From Euryarchaeota archaeon UBA439 (GTDB taxonomy: Archaea; Thermoplasmatota; Poseidoniia; Poseidoniales; Thalassarchaeaceae): a stretch of 63,403 bases of DNA. Below, piece by piece: positions 9,574 to 18,902 of this stretch (its first letter is position 1; every line of letters starts with the position of its first letter). The position numbers and the translations under genes were made by a program. The stretch lies in NCBI GenBank assembly GCA_002497245.1, contig DANB01000016.1:1-63403 (forward strand). The letters run 5' to 3'. The notes beneath the pieces were generated by a model, which ran no database searches, was not told the origin of the DNA, and saw only the letters and a list, made by a program, of their open reading frames with translations.

Positions 9574-10508
9574 GTAATAGCGTCAAAGTCCCCTCTGTAT
9601 TAGTTGAAAATGTATCTAAGTGGTACGGTCAGGTAATTGGAGTTAATGATGTATCTCTTGCTATTGAAGGAGGAGTTACGGGAATATTAGGGCCTAATGG
9701 GGCTGGAAAATCAACTTTATTTAAGTTATTAATGGGTAGAATTAAACCTAGCCAAGGAAGTGTTAAGTTATTTGGTATTGATCCGTGGCAAGACACCTCT
9801 CCTTATCGAAGAATAGGTTATGTCAGTGAGTCAGAGAGACTCTATGACTGGATGACAGGTCAAGATTTTGTTTCTACTCTGGCTAGATTACATGGGATGA
9901 CTCGTAATGAAGCTGAATCTAGAGCCGAACATGTTTTAGAATTCGTTGGTCTTTACGACGTTCGTCACAAAGAAATTGGCAAATACAGTAAGGGGATGAG
10001 GCAGAGAGTTAAGATTGCACACGCCCTAGTACACGACCCTGATTTAATAATCCTAGACGAGCCACTACATGGCTGTGACCCCATTGCAAGAACTAGTATT
10101 ATGAATGTAATCAAAGAACTTGGGAACCAGGGAAAAACAGTTTTAGTTTCTAGTCACATACTCGAAGAGATTGAACGAATTACTGAACAAATAGTAATAC
10201 TACATAATGGAAGATTGTTGGCTCTGGGGAATATTTATGCTATCAGAGATCTACTGGACAAACATCCACATAGAATTATGATTACAACCGAAGAACCTCG
10301 AAAATTAGCTAATGCATTTATCGGCGAAGAACCTATTTATGGCGTGAGGTTTCCAGAAGAGGGCAAGTTAGAGATACAAACTAATGATTTATCCGCAGCC
10401 CATTCAGTTTTACCGCGAGTCATTGTTGAATCGGAAGTTAAAGTATCACGAATTGATAATCCGGATGATAATTTAGAGTCATTATTAGAATATTTAATTG
10501 GAGGCTAA
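9570..10508 (+). CDS. ABC transporter ATP-binding protein (module 2)
   Basis: Walker A GPNGAGKST, signature YSKGMRQR, Walker B LIILDEPLHGCD. Confidence 0.9.
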   Translation: MSNSVKVPSVLVENVSKWYGQVIGVNDVSLAIEGGVTGILGPNGAGKSTLFKLLMGRIKPSQGSVKLFGIDPWQDTSPYRRIGYVSESERLYDWMTGQDFVSTLARLHGMTRNEAESRAEHVLEFVGLYDVRHKEIGKYSKGMRQRVKIAHALVHDPDLIILDEPLHGCDPIARTSIMNVIKELGNQGKTVLVSSHILEEIERITEQIVILHNGRLLALGNIYAIRDLLDKHPHRIMITTEEPRKLANAFIGEEPIYGVRFPEEGKLEIQTNDLSAAHSVLPRVIVESEVKVSRIDNPDDNLESLLEYLIGG

Positions 10509-10512
10509 TACA

Positions 10513-12201
10513 ATGTCAAAACAAGATGAACAAGGCAGAGGTCTCTCAAATACTGTTTGGACCCAACTTGATAGGAAGGCTGGAGCAATCACAGAGCTAA
10601 CTATTAGGCAACTCCGTAATCGAATTTCCACTTGGGTTGTTCTGGGAGTAGGTGTGCTGCTAATTTCTCTCTTACTTATCTTTTACATTGATTCAATTAG
10701 GGATGAATTCGAACCTTATGATAATGATGGAGATAGTGAAGATTGGGATAATGATGGATACCCATTAGGTCAAGAAAATATCTATGGGACTAGCGACTAT
10801 AATGAATTCAGTTTTCCTGGCTCATCAGAGTATATCTATCAAGGTGATATAGATTGGAATGATCAACCTCGGACTCATTACGGAAATCATACTTGGTCTT
10901 ATGCATGGGGTTATTTTACTCCGGTATGGATAGATGTAAACTCTACGAATCCTTTTATCTGGAATTATTATAATAGTTGGATTGATTGGAGTTTAGGCGA
11001 TTATTCTTGTGAGGATGAGGGTTTACCTGATAATCCATTTTATATCGGGCAAAATGACGATTATGGATATAATAGTATAGATAGAAATTATTGTCAATTC
11101 GAAAATGGAACTTATATCATGTTTGGAGCCGCATTTAGAGGAGAAGGAGAATTTTTTGTTCAGCCTGGATGGGAGACTGAATGGGGTTATTTTACTGAAT
11201 CATTTTTTGTTGAGCCACATCCTAAATCAATGTATATTGATGAAGACGATATTGATTGGAATGGTAACAGTGTTTCTGGTTCTCAAGGATTCGATGATGA
11301 TGGCGACTGCCTTAAGGAGGATTATCTAGTTGAAAGCAGTCCTGATGATAGTAATAGAAATGGAATAGTATGTGATGTTCAGTGGACATATGATCCGTAT
11401 GGAAATCTTATTAGTATTCGAGCAGATTCTAATGTAGATGAAGATCCTGATGATTCTAAACATGTAGGTGAATCAAGCCATAGGACGTTCATAATTGGGA
11501 CCGGAAAAATAGCCTTCGTTATGATACTAGGTCTATTCTTACCTCTATTTCTAGCATTAGGATTAGTAAGGGATGAATCCGAGAATGGTACTTTACATTA
11601 TCTTCTTTCCAAACCAATCCATCGAGGCGAATTTATTCTATATCGATTATTGGGTTATCTGGCCATTGTTGTTTCTTATACTGTAATTTTAACTTTCATT
11701 ATTGCATTTATTACTTCAATTATCGGACCGGGAGAATCAATAATTCGCCTCTCTGATTATCCTGTATGGATAGGAATCTCACTTTCTACAATACTAGTTT
11801 TGACAGCATATGGTTCAGTTTTCAATACTGTTGGCTTAATTTTACCTCGATATGGAGTTTATCTTTGTATTTTATTCGGAGTATGGGAATTTTTAATGGG
11901 ACTTTTCACTATTACTATCCCCAGTTCCGATATCACCATGCTATCTATTTCTCATTGGGCTATACAAATTATTGATGCTACTGTAATGATTGCTTGGAGT
12001 GATACTGCACTAATGCAGCAACAAGCTAACGCATTCGGTTTGGAAACTGGGATTTCCTTCTTCTGGCATCCACCTGTTCATACTTTGGGTACTGGAAACC
12101 CTTTCATTGCATTGATAATTAGTGTGGTTTTCATACTAGTTTTTAGCATAGGAATGATCTTAATAGGGCAACTAATTTTCAGAAATAAGGAAATAATGTG
12201 A
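10513..12201 (+). CDS. ABC-2 type permease (module 2) with a large Asp-rich ectodomain
   Basis: One TM helix, then a ~260-aa acidic loop (DNDGDSEDWDNDGYP, FDDDGDC, VDEDPDDS), then about 5 TM helices. ATG 10513 has GGAGG 8 nt upstream and is preferred over TTG 10498. Confidence 0.7.
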   Translation: MSKQDEQGRGLSNTVWTQLDRKAGAITELTIRQLRNRISTWVVLGVGVLLISLLLIFYIDSIRDEFEPYDNDGDSEDWDNDGYPLGQENIYGTSDYNEFSFPGSSEYIYQGDIDWNDQPRTHYGNHTWSYAWGYFTPVWIDVNSTNPFIWNYYNSWIDWSLGDYSCEDEGLPDNPFYIGQNDDYGYNSIDRNYCQFENGTYIMFGAAFRGEGEFFVQPGWETEWGYFTESFFVEPHPKSMYIDEDDIDWNGNSVSGSQGFDDDGDCLKEDYLVESSPDDSNRNGIVCDVQWTYDPYGNLISIRADSNVDEDPDDSKHVGESSHRTFIIGTGKIAFVMILGLFLPLFLALGLVRDESENGTLHYLLSKPIHRGEFILYRLLGYLAIVVSYTVILTFIIAFITSIIGPGESIIRLSDYPVWIGISLSTILVLTAYGSVFNTVGLILPRYGVYLCILFGVWEFLMGLFTITIPSSDITMLSISHWAIQIIDATVMIAWSDTALMQQQANAFGLETGISFFWHPPVHTLGTGNPFIALIISVVFILVFSIGMILIGQLIFRNKEIM

Positions 12202-13406
12202 TTACTGTGAGTGATGAATTAACTAGATTTTCTGGAGATTATTCATCATTATGGCGTTTAGATATCATGCCATCTTTACCTCGCCTTTCATGGTGGTGGT
12301 GGTGGGTAATATTATTCATTCCCGACCCCGATAATCCCTCACGTTCAAGACAATTAATGGTTCTATGGTCTTCTAAAGAAACACCGGCAATACGTGTTAA
12401 TAATCATTGGTGGAAACCTGGTTCGAGAATGAGGGTTGATGAAGATGGAGGGCATGTAGTACCTGGGATGGTATGTTCGTGGTGGTATGATGGTAAAGAA
12501 ATGCATGAACCCCTAATTATGAAAGAATGTAAAATGGTATCTATCGATGATAAACATCCATTATGGCCATCCGAAGGTTTAGGAGAAGGCTCTGGAGCAG
12601 TGATTCCTCTAGTTGATGATGATTTATCACTTGGCCTGACTGAAGGAAATAAGAAATTCTGGCTTAATTTGGCCAGTGATGAAATCGCTCAGAAAAATGG
12701 TGCCCCTAAGTCAATTAAGGCAGAGCTCACTCCTTGGTGGGGACCTCCAAGTAAATTGACTTACAAGAATAATGTCTTCTTCTCCAATATGGGTTACGAT
12801 ATACTAAGGATTCAGGGCACCAAAGCCTCGATAGTAATTGATGGTGAAGATTTTGAAGGTACAGGGTATTTTCAGAAAGTTAGTGTTCAGGCACCAACTG
12901 TGCCTTGGTTCTGGGGGATGTTACATTTTGATGATGGCTCTTATCTCGATTGGTTTATGCCTCATATCTCATTTTCTTGTTTAAACTTGGATGATAGACC
13001 TTGGAAATTGAGAGATATCTTTAGGAAAAAAATGAGTGGTTCAGGAATTTTCCATGACGCGAATAGAGACGCCACTGAAGAATTTAAAAATTGTGAGGTG
13101 GAACTAATAGATTCAGAAGATGAAGGTGAGATTTTGGTCGATAATGATGGTAATAGATTACCAAAGTTTCGAATTCGTCTATGGAATGAGGCGACAAAAA
13201 TTTCTTTGGAAGTCAGAGCGGTCTCTAGAGCGAAATGGACCTTCGATCAACCAACTCGTGCAGGAATGGTCAGCCATCTTACATACAATGAATACCCTCT
13301 TGAATTATTAAGAATCTCAATTTTAGATGAACAAGGTCTTCGCACAAAGAAAGATTATTCTTGGATACATGGTAATGCTGAGCATTCATGGGGATTATTA
13401 CATTAA
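12198..13406 (+). CDS. Trp-rich hypothetical protein (possible AttH/CrtC-like lipocalin fold)
   Basis: GTG start overlaps the permease stop (GTGA). 23 Trp residues, including a WWWWW run. SWWWWWVILF and GYFQKV..VPWFWGMLHFDDGSYLDWF loosely resemble CrtC/AttH motifs (weak). Confidence 0.65.
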   Translation: MITVSDELTRFSGDYSSLWRLDIMPSLPRLSWWWWWVILFIPDPDNPSRSRQLMVLWSSKETPAIRVNNHWWKPGSRMRVDEDGGHVVPGMVCSWWYDGKEMHEPLIMKECKMVSIDDKHPLWPSEGLGEGSGAVIPLVDDDLSLGLTEGNKKFWLNLASDEIAQKNGAPKSIKAELTPWWGPPSKLTYKNNVFFSNMGYDILRIQGTKASIVIDGEDFEGTGYFQKVSVQAPTVPWFWGMLHFDDGSYLDWFMPHISFSCLNLDDRPWKLRDIFRKKMSGSGIFHDANRDATEEFKNCEVELIDSEDEGEILVDNDGNRLPKFRIRLWNEATKISLEVRAVSRAKWTFDQPTRAGMVSHLTYNEYPLELLRISILDEQGLRTKKDYSWIHGNAEHSWGLLH

Positions 13407-13418
13407 GAGGTGTTTTGA

Positions 13419-14333
13419 TTGAATGAAATTGTATCAGATTCAATAGATTCGATTAATGAAGATTTAGCGAGAAAAAAGTTTTCTTTAGTAGATGTCGATG
13501 AAACTCCTATATGGATGGGTTCACCCACATTTCTTTCATATTCACCAAGGTATGTTCTTACTGCAATAATTTTTCTTACACATTTTATCTTCTATCGTGT
13601 GGCAGTGACAGTATATGCTGAAGGAAAGGAGGGTATTTTCTACACCTTTTTACGACTCATAGATCAGTTATTTGACTTAATTGACGTCTTTGCCTTCATT
13701 ATTGTGATGTTGTTAATTGCAAGAATTAATCATTTCATCAATATCTCTACCTCGAATTTTAAGACCACTCTCTTTTTGTTAGTTATTGGTTTAGTTCCTT
13801 CGATTTGGTATATGGCAAATGTAATTGATTGGATTTTATTGCTCCTAGGAAAAGAAGGGCTAAATATTCCCGAGTGGTTTGATACTTGGTTTCTAGGATT
13901 AGGAATAATAAACGCCATAATTTTCCTAATTTATACGCTTATTTCTCAATTCTCTTACTCCTATCTAATTACGGAAAAGAATATTTTCATTAAGAGAAAA
14001 ATTTTATTTTTTTATAATTCAATTACAGTATTTAGCCTAGATGAATTAGCGAATCTCAAAACCCAAATATCGTTTCTTGGTAAAATAATGGGTTATGGCA
14101 ATATATTGCCGATTGCTAAGGAAGATTTAGAAATAGAACCACAAGTAAAAATTGAAAGAGTGGGTTTTCAAAAGGTAATTCATATAATTAAGTTATTTAT
14201 CTCATATAAGAGAGTGAAAAAAGAGTTACAGAAGGCTCCTTCAGAGTGTCTTTTTGGAGTTAGAAAGCCTATGATGGTATACGAATTGGCAAATGAATTA
14301 ATGGATGAAAATAATGCTGAAATAGAAATTTAA
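13419..14333 (+). CDS. Membrane protein with C-terminal bPH_2-like domain
   Basis: TTG start with GAGG 8 nt upstream. Four hydrophobic helices, then YSYLITEKNIFIKRKILFFYNSITVFSLDELANLK. Confidence 0.6.
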   Translation: MNEIVSDSIDSINEDLARKKFSLVDVDETPIWMGSPTFLSYSPRYVLTAIIFLTHFIFYRVAVTVYAEGKEGIFYTFLRLIDQLFDLIDVFAFIIVMLLIARINHFINISTSNFKTTLFLLVIGLVPSIWYMANVIDWILLLLGKEGLNIPEWFDTWFLGLGIINAIIFLIYTLISQFSYSYLITEKNIFIKRKILFFYNSITVFSLDELANLKTQISFLGKIMGYGNILPIAKEDLEIEPQVKIERVGFQKVIHIIKLFISYKRVKKELQKAPSECLFGVRKPMMVYELANELMDENNAEIEI

Positions 14334-14387
14334 GTTTCCGCATTGTTATTAATGAAAAGGTATCGAGAGAACATTAGAGGGATTCAC

Positions 14388-14933
14388 ATGTCCGAAGAAG
14401 ATATCATTACAATAGCTGCACAACACATCACCAAAGGAGACTTCATGGGGGCCATGGAAATATTTGAGAATCATGTTAATGACAATCCCAAAGACCCTGC
14501 AGGATATCACGGATGGGCAGAAGCAGCAATGTTTGAGATTCAAGAAAATGGAAATTTTGATGAAAAAGGAAATGACAGAATAAATGAGGGTAAAGTACAA
14601 TCCTATCTCAAAAAAGCGGCTGGCTTAGAACCAGAAAATGCCGAATATCAGGCTGCACTTGCAAATGCCCTCATTGAGTTCGATCGCGTCCCTATGGCTA
14701 TTCGTGAATTCAAAAAACTGATTGAGCTTGGTAAGAAAATAGAAGATGTCGATGTATCATTCCATCTTTATGAAGCCGCTAAACAATTAATCGATTCTAT
14801 TGATGTTAAAGTTGGTTATGATCGAAGCGAGCAGTTTGCAAGGCAATTTATTCCCGTTGCAATAGAATTCGCCATCCTAGGATTAGGTTTTTCTTCTGTC
14901 GAAGAAGCAATGGAATATCTTTCTGAGGATTAA
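14388..14933 (+). CDS. TPR-like helical repeat protein
   Basis: Helical repeats with TPR-like spacing (AGYHGWAEAAMF, AEYQAALANALIEF). ATG 14388 has GAGGG upstream; alternative starts at 14343 and 14352 are possible. Confidence 0.5.
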   Translation: MSEEDIITIAAQHITKGDFMGAMEIFENHVNDNPKDPAGYHGWAEAAMFEIQENGNFDEKGNDRINEGKVQSYLKKAAGLEPENAEYQAALANALIEFDRVPMAIREFKKLIELGKKIEDVDVSFHLYEAAKQLIDSIDVKVGYDRSEQFARQFIPVAIEFAILGLGFSSVEEAMEYLSED

Positions 14934-14965
14934 TTGGGGGTTTCCGATTGACTAGCGGCCGCATA

Positions 14966-15829
14966 ATGGTCGCATTTGGTTATCATGGTAGTCATTTCCA
15001 TGGGTCTCAGATTCAACCAGATGTTCCTACAGTACAAAAGGCGATAGAAAACGCATTAAGAAAGGTTAGTTGGTGGACTGATGGATGTTTAGAAATGTCA
15101 AGCCGTACTGATGCCGGTGTTAGTGTTCGAATGAATCTTGCTTGTATCGATATACCAATTACGGTTTGGAATGATGTAGAGAAAAAAACTATTCTTAAAG
15201 TTCTTAATAATCGATTTCCTGAGGGTTTATGTGCATGGGATTTAGTCAAAGTTAATTCCGATGTAAGAAGTCGAGCTGCAAAAAATCGGACATATCTTTA
15301 TCGAACAGAATTAATTGAAGAATGGTCAACAGGAATTAATGAGGATTTATTCATTAATGCCTGTAATTTGATTATTGGTACACATAATTTTACAAATTTT
15401 TGCAAACTAGAAGAAGATAAGAACCCAATTCGTACAATTGATTTTTGTAAACCTTGGTATTCTTCTGATGGAAGAATCATAGGAATATATCTTAGTTCTG
15501 AGGCATTTTTATGGAATCAAGTCAGAAGACTTGCGGCAGCAATTACTGGTGTTGCTACTGAAAGAATTAATTTCGATACTTTTCAATCAGCATTAGAAAA
15601 TCCTGAGTCTTCTGTTGACTTAGGAAGGGCTCCATCTAATGGTCTAATACTTTGGTCGATTGAACATCAATGTTCAGAAAGAATGGGTTTGGATTGTGAA
15701 CCGGATACTACTGGTTTTTCAGCACCTCCCGAAAAAAGACATCGATTCAAGAGATGGTTGTCTATGGCAAAGTTAGAGATGGGAATGATAATTGAAAGAG
15801 ACTGGGAGAATTCACTCAATCTAGTTTAA
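14966..15829 (+). CDS. truA: tRNA pseudouridine synthase A
   Basis: MVAFGYHGSHFHGSQIQ and the catalytic SSRTDAGVS motif. Confidence 0.85.
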   Translation: MVAFGYHGSHFHGSQIQPDVPTVQKAIENALRKVSWWTDGCLEMSSRTDAGVSVRMNLACIDIPITVWNDVEKKTILKVLNNRFPEGLCAWDLVKVNSDVRSRAAKNRTYLYRTELIEEWSTGINEDLFINACNLIIGTHNFTNFCKLEEDKNPIRTIDFCKPWYSSDGRIIGIYLSSEAFLWNQVRRLAAAITGVATERINFDTFQSALENPESSVDLGRAPSNGLILWSIEHQCSERMGLDCEPDTTGFSAPPEKRHRFKRWLSMAKLEMGMIIERDWENSLNLV

Positions 15830-16250
15830 TTTCTAATATGTCCCCATCTTTACACGGCATAGACTCTCTTAGAAAAGATCCTGAAATTACTTCAGCAGTC
15901 TCGGTGTGTCTTGTTAAGTCTGGAATTAATATTGCACATTCTATCCATTTTTCTTTATCAGATGATATTTTTCCAAGAAATGCTGTAGCCCCTCCAAAGG
16001 ATTTTCCATCTCTCTCAAAACCTTTAATTCTAAATGGTTTAGCTTTTTTTGTAACTTCTCCTTCCTCAAGGCCGGATAATATTCTTAAATTTTGATAGTC
16101 ATTTATGCTGTTACTATCCATGTCGAGATTCAAAGTTCCAGGCCAAGCAGTAACCTCAAGAACTTTCTTGAATTGTTCTTGATAATGAGGCTGAGCCATG
16201 AAGACATGTGCTCTTCCAAGGCCACTGGTCACTTTGCCCGATAGGCGCAT
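15816..16250 (-). CDS. ribK: CTP-dependent riboflavin kinase (archaeal type)
   Basis: GKVTSGLGRAHVFMAQPHYQEQFKKVLEVTAWPGTLNLD matches the MJ0056-type RibK core. Confidence 0.85.
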   Translation of the reverse strand: MRLSGKVTSGLGRAHVFMAQPHYQEQFKKVLEVTAWPGTLNLDMDSNSINDYQNLRILSGLEEGEVTKKAKPFRIKGFERDGKSFGGATAFLGKISSDKEKWIECAILIPDLTRHTETAEVISGSFLRESMPCKDGDILEIKLD

Positions 16251-16297
16251 GATTGCTCGTCTTATTGTTTGTTCAAGAGGGTTGCCACTAGAGTATG

Positions 16298-17188
16298 CTA
16301 TAATTTCAGTACATCTCCAATTTCAGAAACTCCCCAGCCATACTCTTCGACAAGTTTTCTTTGTTTTGATCCTATATCATTAACTGGATTTGAATGATTC
16401 AAATGCAAAAAAGAAATTCTAGGATCCTTTTCCATTCTTTTACCAAGAAGTTTCAAACTATCTTGTATTGTAGGATGAGGTATTTCCGATATATTTCTTC
16501 CAGGTAATTCTTTCATACTCCAAAATGTTCCATCAATCAATGCGTAATTAATGTTGAACATTTTCAAAAAATCTCTAATATTTTCTTTTGAATAATATTC
16601 TAATGTTTCTTCCCATGAATCTTGATCAGGCATAAAGAGAATATTTTTTTCATTTCCCTTGATAATTATTGCAGCAGTGTCTCCTAATTCACTTCTATGA
16701 GGTATTGAGATAAACTGTAGGGAAAAACCACATCCTTGCTTTGGTTCAAATAATTGATTAAAATTCTTTGAATGAGTTCTAATATTATTTTGTTTTATCA
16801 TTAATTTTATATCGCTTCTTTCATCAAAAACATTTTTATTTTTATGACTGAGAAAAACATCTACTTCTTTTGACGCCATAACCGGTTTTCCAAATTGTCC
16901 AATACCTTCCACATGGCCTAGGTGTAAGTGTGTAATGGATACTGTTTCAGGGATAAATAATTCATTTTCATTAGATGACCAAATCATTAATTGTTCAGAT
17001 AGATTTTTTGTAACTTCTACAATATGTTTGGAGCCATCAGTTCCTATAATTCCTAGAGATACTGGATATTTTCTTAGTTTCAAATTTTTGTGAGCTTCAT
17101 TACATCTTTCACACGAGCAACCTGCTTGTGGTATTCCGCCATCTTGAGCAGTTCCTAATATTGTTACACTAACTCCTGGCTCCATCAA
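16298..17188 (-). CDS. PqqB-like metallo-beta-lactamase fold protein
   Basis: The N-terminus ILGTAQDGGIPQAGCSCERC resembles PqqB (LGSAAGGGFPQWNCNCANC). MBL-like motif THLHLGHVEG. Confidence 0.75.
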   Translation of the reverse strand: MMEPGVSVTILGTAQDGGIPQAGCSCERCNEAHKNLKLRKYPVSLGIIGTDGSKHIVEVTKNLSEQLMIWSSNENELFIPETVSITHLHLGHVEGIGQFGKPVMASKEVDVFLSHKNKNVFDERSDIKLMIKQNNIRTHSKNFNQLFEPKQGCGFSLQFISIPHRSELGDTAAIIIKGNEKNILFMPDQDSWEETLEYYSKENIRDFLKMFNINYALIDGTFWSMKELPGRNISEIPHPTIQDSLKLLGKRMEKDPRISFLHLNHSNPVNDIGSKQRKLVEEYGWGVSEIGDVLKL

Positions 17189-17284
17189 GATATCCGTATG
17201 GGTATCAATCTTTAACTCGTCGATTTACTAAATTAGTAATCATTTCATAGAAGCACCAATGAACTATCCCCTCTTGGCAAGTTC

Positions 17285-18466
17285 ATGGCTGCAGACACAT
17301 CATGGATGTCGTTGCGTTATAGCGAGATAAGAAAACAAGGTTTAGATTGGAATCCACCCACTTTGGAAACCTCAAATGATGCGAGGTGTATTATTGATGG
17401 CAAAGAGACAATTATGCTTTCCGCAAACAATTATCTTAATCTTACAAATCATCCAAAAGTCATGGATGCTATGATATCTGCAACACGTAAGTATGGGGCA
17501 GGTAGTGGTTCTGTTAGAGCAATAGCTGGCACCATGGATATTCACCTCGAAGCCGAGGAAAAAGTTGCAGAATTCAAGAAAGTAGAATCATCTTTAATTT
17601 ATTCTGCAGGTTATACTGCTAATGTAGGATTAATACCAACTTTAGTTAGAGGTTCTGAAGACATAATAATCAGCGACGAATTAAATCATGGTTCAATAAT
17701 TGATGGTGTAAGGCTTACAAAAGCACGTAGAGGTGTTTACTCACACAACGATATGGGTGAATTAGAGGCGGTACTCAAAGCAAACTCTGATGCTGAAAGA
17801 AAATTAATAATCACAGATGGAGTATTTTCAATGGATGGAGACATAGCTCCTTTGGATGAGATTAGTAAGTTAGCAGACGAATATGATTCGATGGTTTATG
17901 TTGATGATTGTCACGGCGAGGGAGTATTGGGTGAGAAAGGTGCAGGAATAGTTGATCATTTCAATTTACAAGGAAAAGTTGATTTTGAAGTTGGTTCATT
18001 TTCTAAAGCATTAGGTGTTCAGGGAGGAATTCTTGCAGGTTCTGAAGAGGTTAGAAATCACGCGTTGAACCATTCTAGATCTTGGCTTTTGTCCGGAAGC
18101 CAGCCACCTGGCGTTGCAGCAGCGCAGAAAGCCGCAATTCAGGTCCTTATGAGTGAACCAGAACATCATTCTAGACTATGGGATAATACAGATTATTTCC
18201 GAAAAGAATTACAATCACTAGGTTTTGACACAGGTTTTTCTGAAACTCCAATTATACCCATAATGTGTGGAGAATCTTTAGTAGCTAAACAATTATCAGA
18301 AGAACTTGGTAAAAATAATATAATGGCCGGGGCAATTGTATTTCCGATGGTTGCTAGAGATAAAGCTAGAGTAAGGACTCAGATGTCTGCCGGTTTAAGT
18401 CGTGAAGATTTAGATGATGTACTTAGAGTTCTAGAACAAATAGGTCCTCGACTCAAATTAATATGA
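17285..18466 (+). CDS. kbl: 2-amino-3-ketobutyrate CoA ligase / 8-amino-7-oxononanoate synthase family (PLP)
   Basis: FSMDGDIAPL, VDDCHGEGVLG, and SFSKALG (PLP lysine). Confidence 0.85.
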   Translation: MAADTSWMSLRYSEIRKQGLDWNPPTLETSNDARCIIDGKETIMLSANNYLNLTNHPKVMDAMISATRKYGAGSGSVRAIAGTMDIHLEAEEKVAEFKKVESSLIYSAGYTANVGLIPTLVRGSEDIIISDELNHGSIIDGVRLTKARRGVYSHNDMGELEAVLKANSDAERKLIITDGVFSMDGDIAPLDEISKLADEYDSMVYVDDCHGEGVLGEKGAGIVDHFNLQGKVDFEVGSFSKALGVQGGILAGSEEVRNHALNHSRSWLLSGSQPPGVAAAQKAAIQVLMSEPEHHSRLWDNTDYFRKELQSLGFDTGFSETPIIPIMCGESLVAKQLSEELGKNNIMAGAIVFPMVARDKARVRTQMSAGLSREDLDDVLRVLEQIGPRLKLI

Positions 18467-18476
18467 GGTTTTTTTA

Positions 18477-18902
18477 ATGGTTCAGACGTCAACTTTAGAT
18501 GCTAAAGAGATTAATTCAATGTTGGGAAGAATTAATTCTGTTCCAATTACTGAGACTCTGAAAATGCAAATTTTGAGGCTTGATAGAGGAGAATGTGAGG
18601 CTTTGATTCCTAGAGATATTATGTGGGATGGTATTTTTCAAACATTCCATGGAGGAATTCTTGCAACAATTGCTGACAGTATTACATGTTGGGCGATTCT
18701 AACAAAAATAGGTTCAGATCGAAAAGTCGCAACTACTGATTTTAATATTAGATTTTTACGCCCTTGCAAGACAGATGTAAGGTGTGTAGCTAAAGTAATC
18801 AGGGCAGGAAGAACGTTAAGTTTAGCCGAGGCTGAGATATATGATATGAATGATAAATTAGTTGCTGTTTCCCAAGTAAATTATATTTCACTTGAATCAT
18901 GA
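18477..18902 (+). CDS. PaaI-family hotdog-fold thioesterase
   Basis: FHGGILATIADSI motif; ~140 aa in size. Confidence 0.8.
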   Translation: MVQTSTLDAKEINSMLGRINSVPITETLKMQILRLDRGECEALIPRDIMWDGIFQTFHGGILATIADSITCWAILTKIGSDRKVATTDFNIRFLRPCKTDVRCVAKVIRAGRTLSLAEAEIYDMNDKLVAVSQVNYISLES

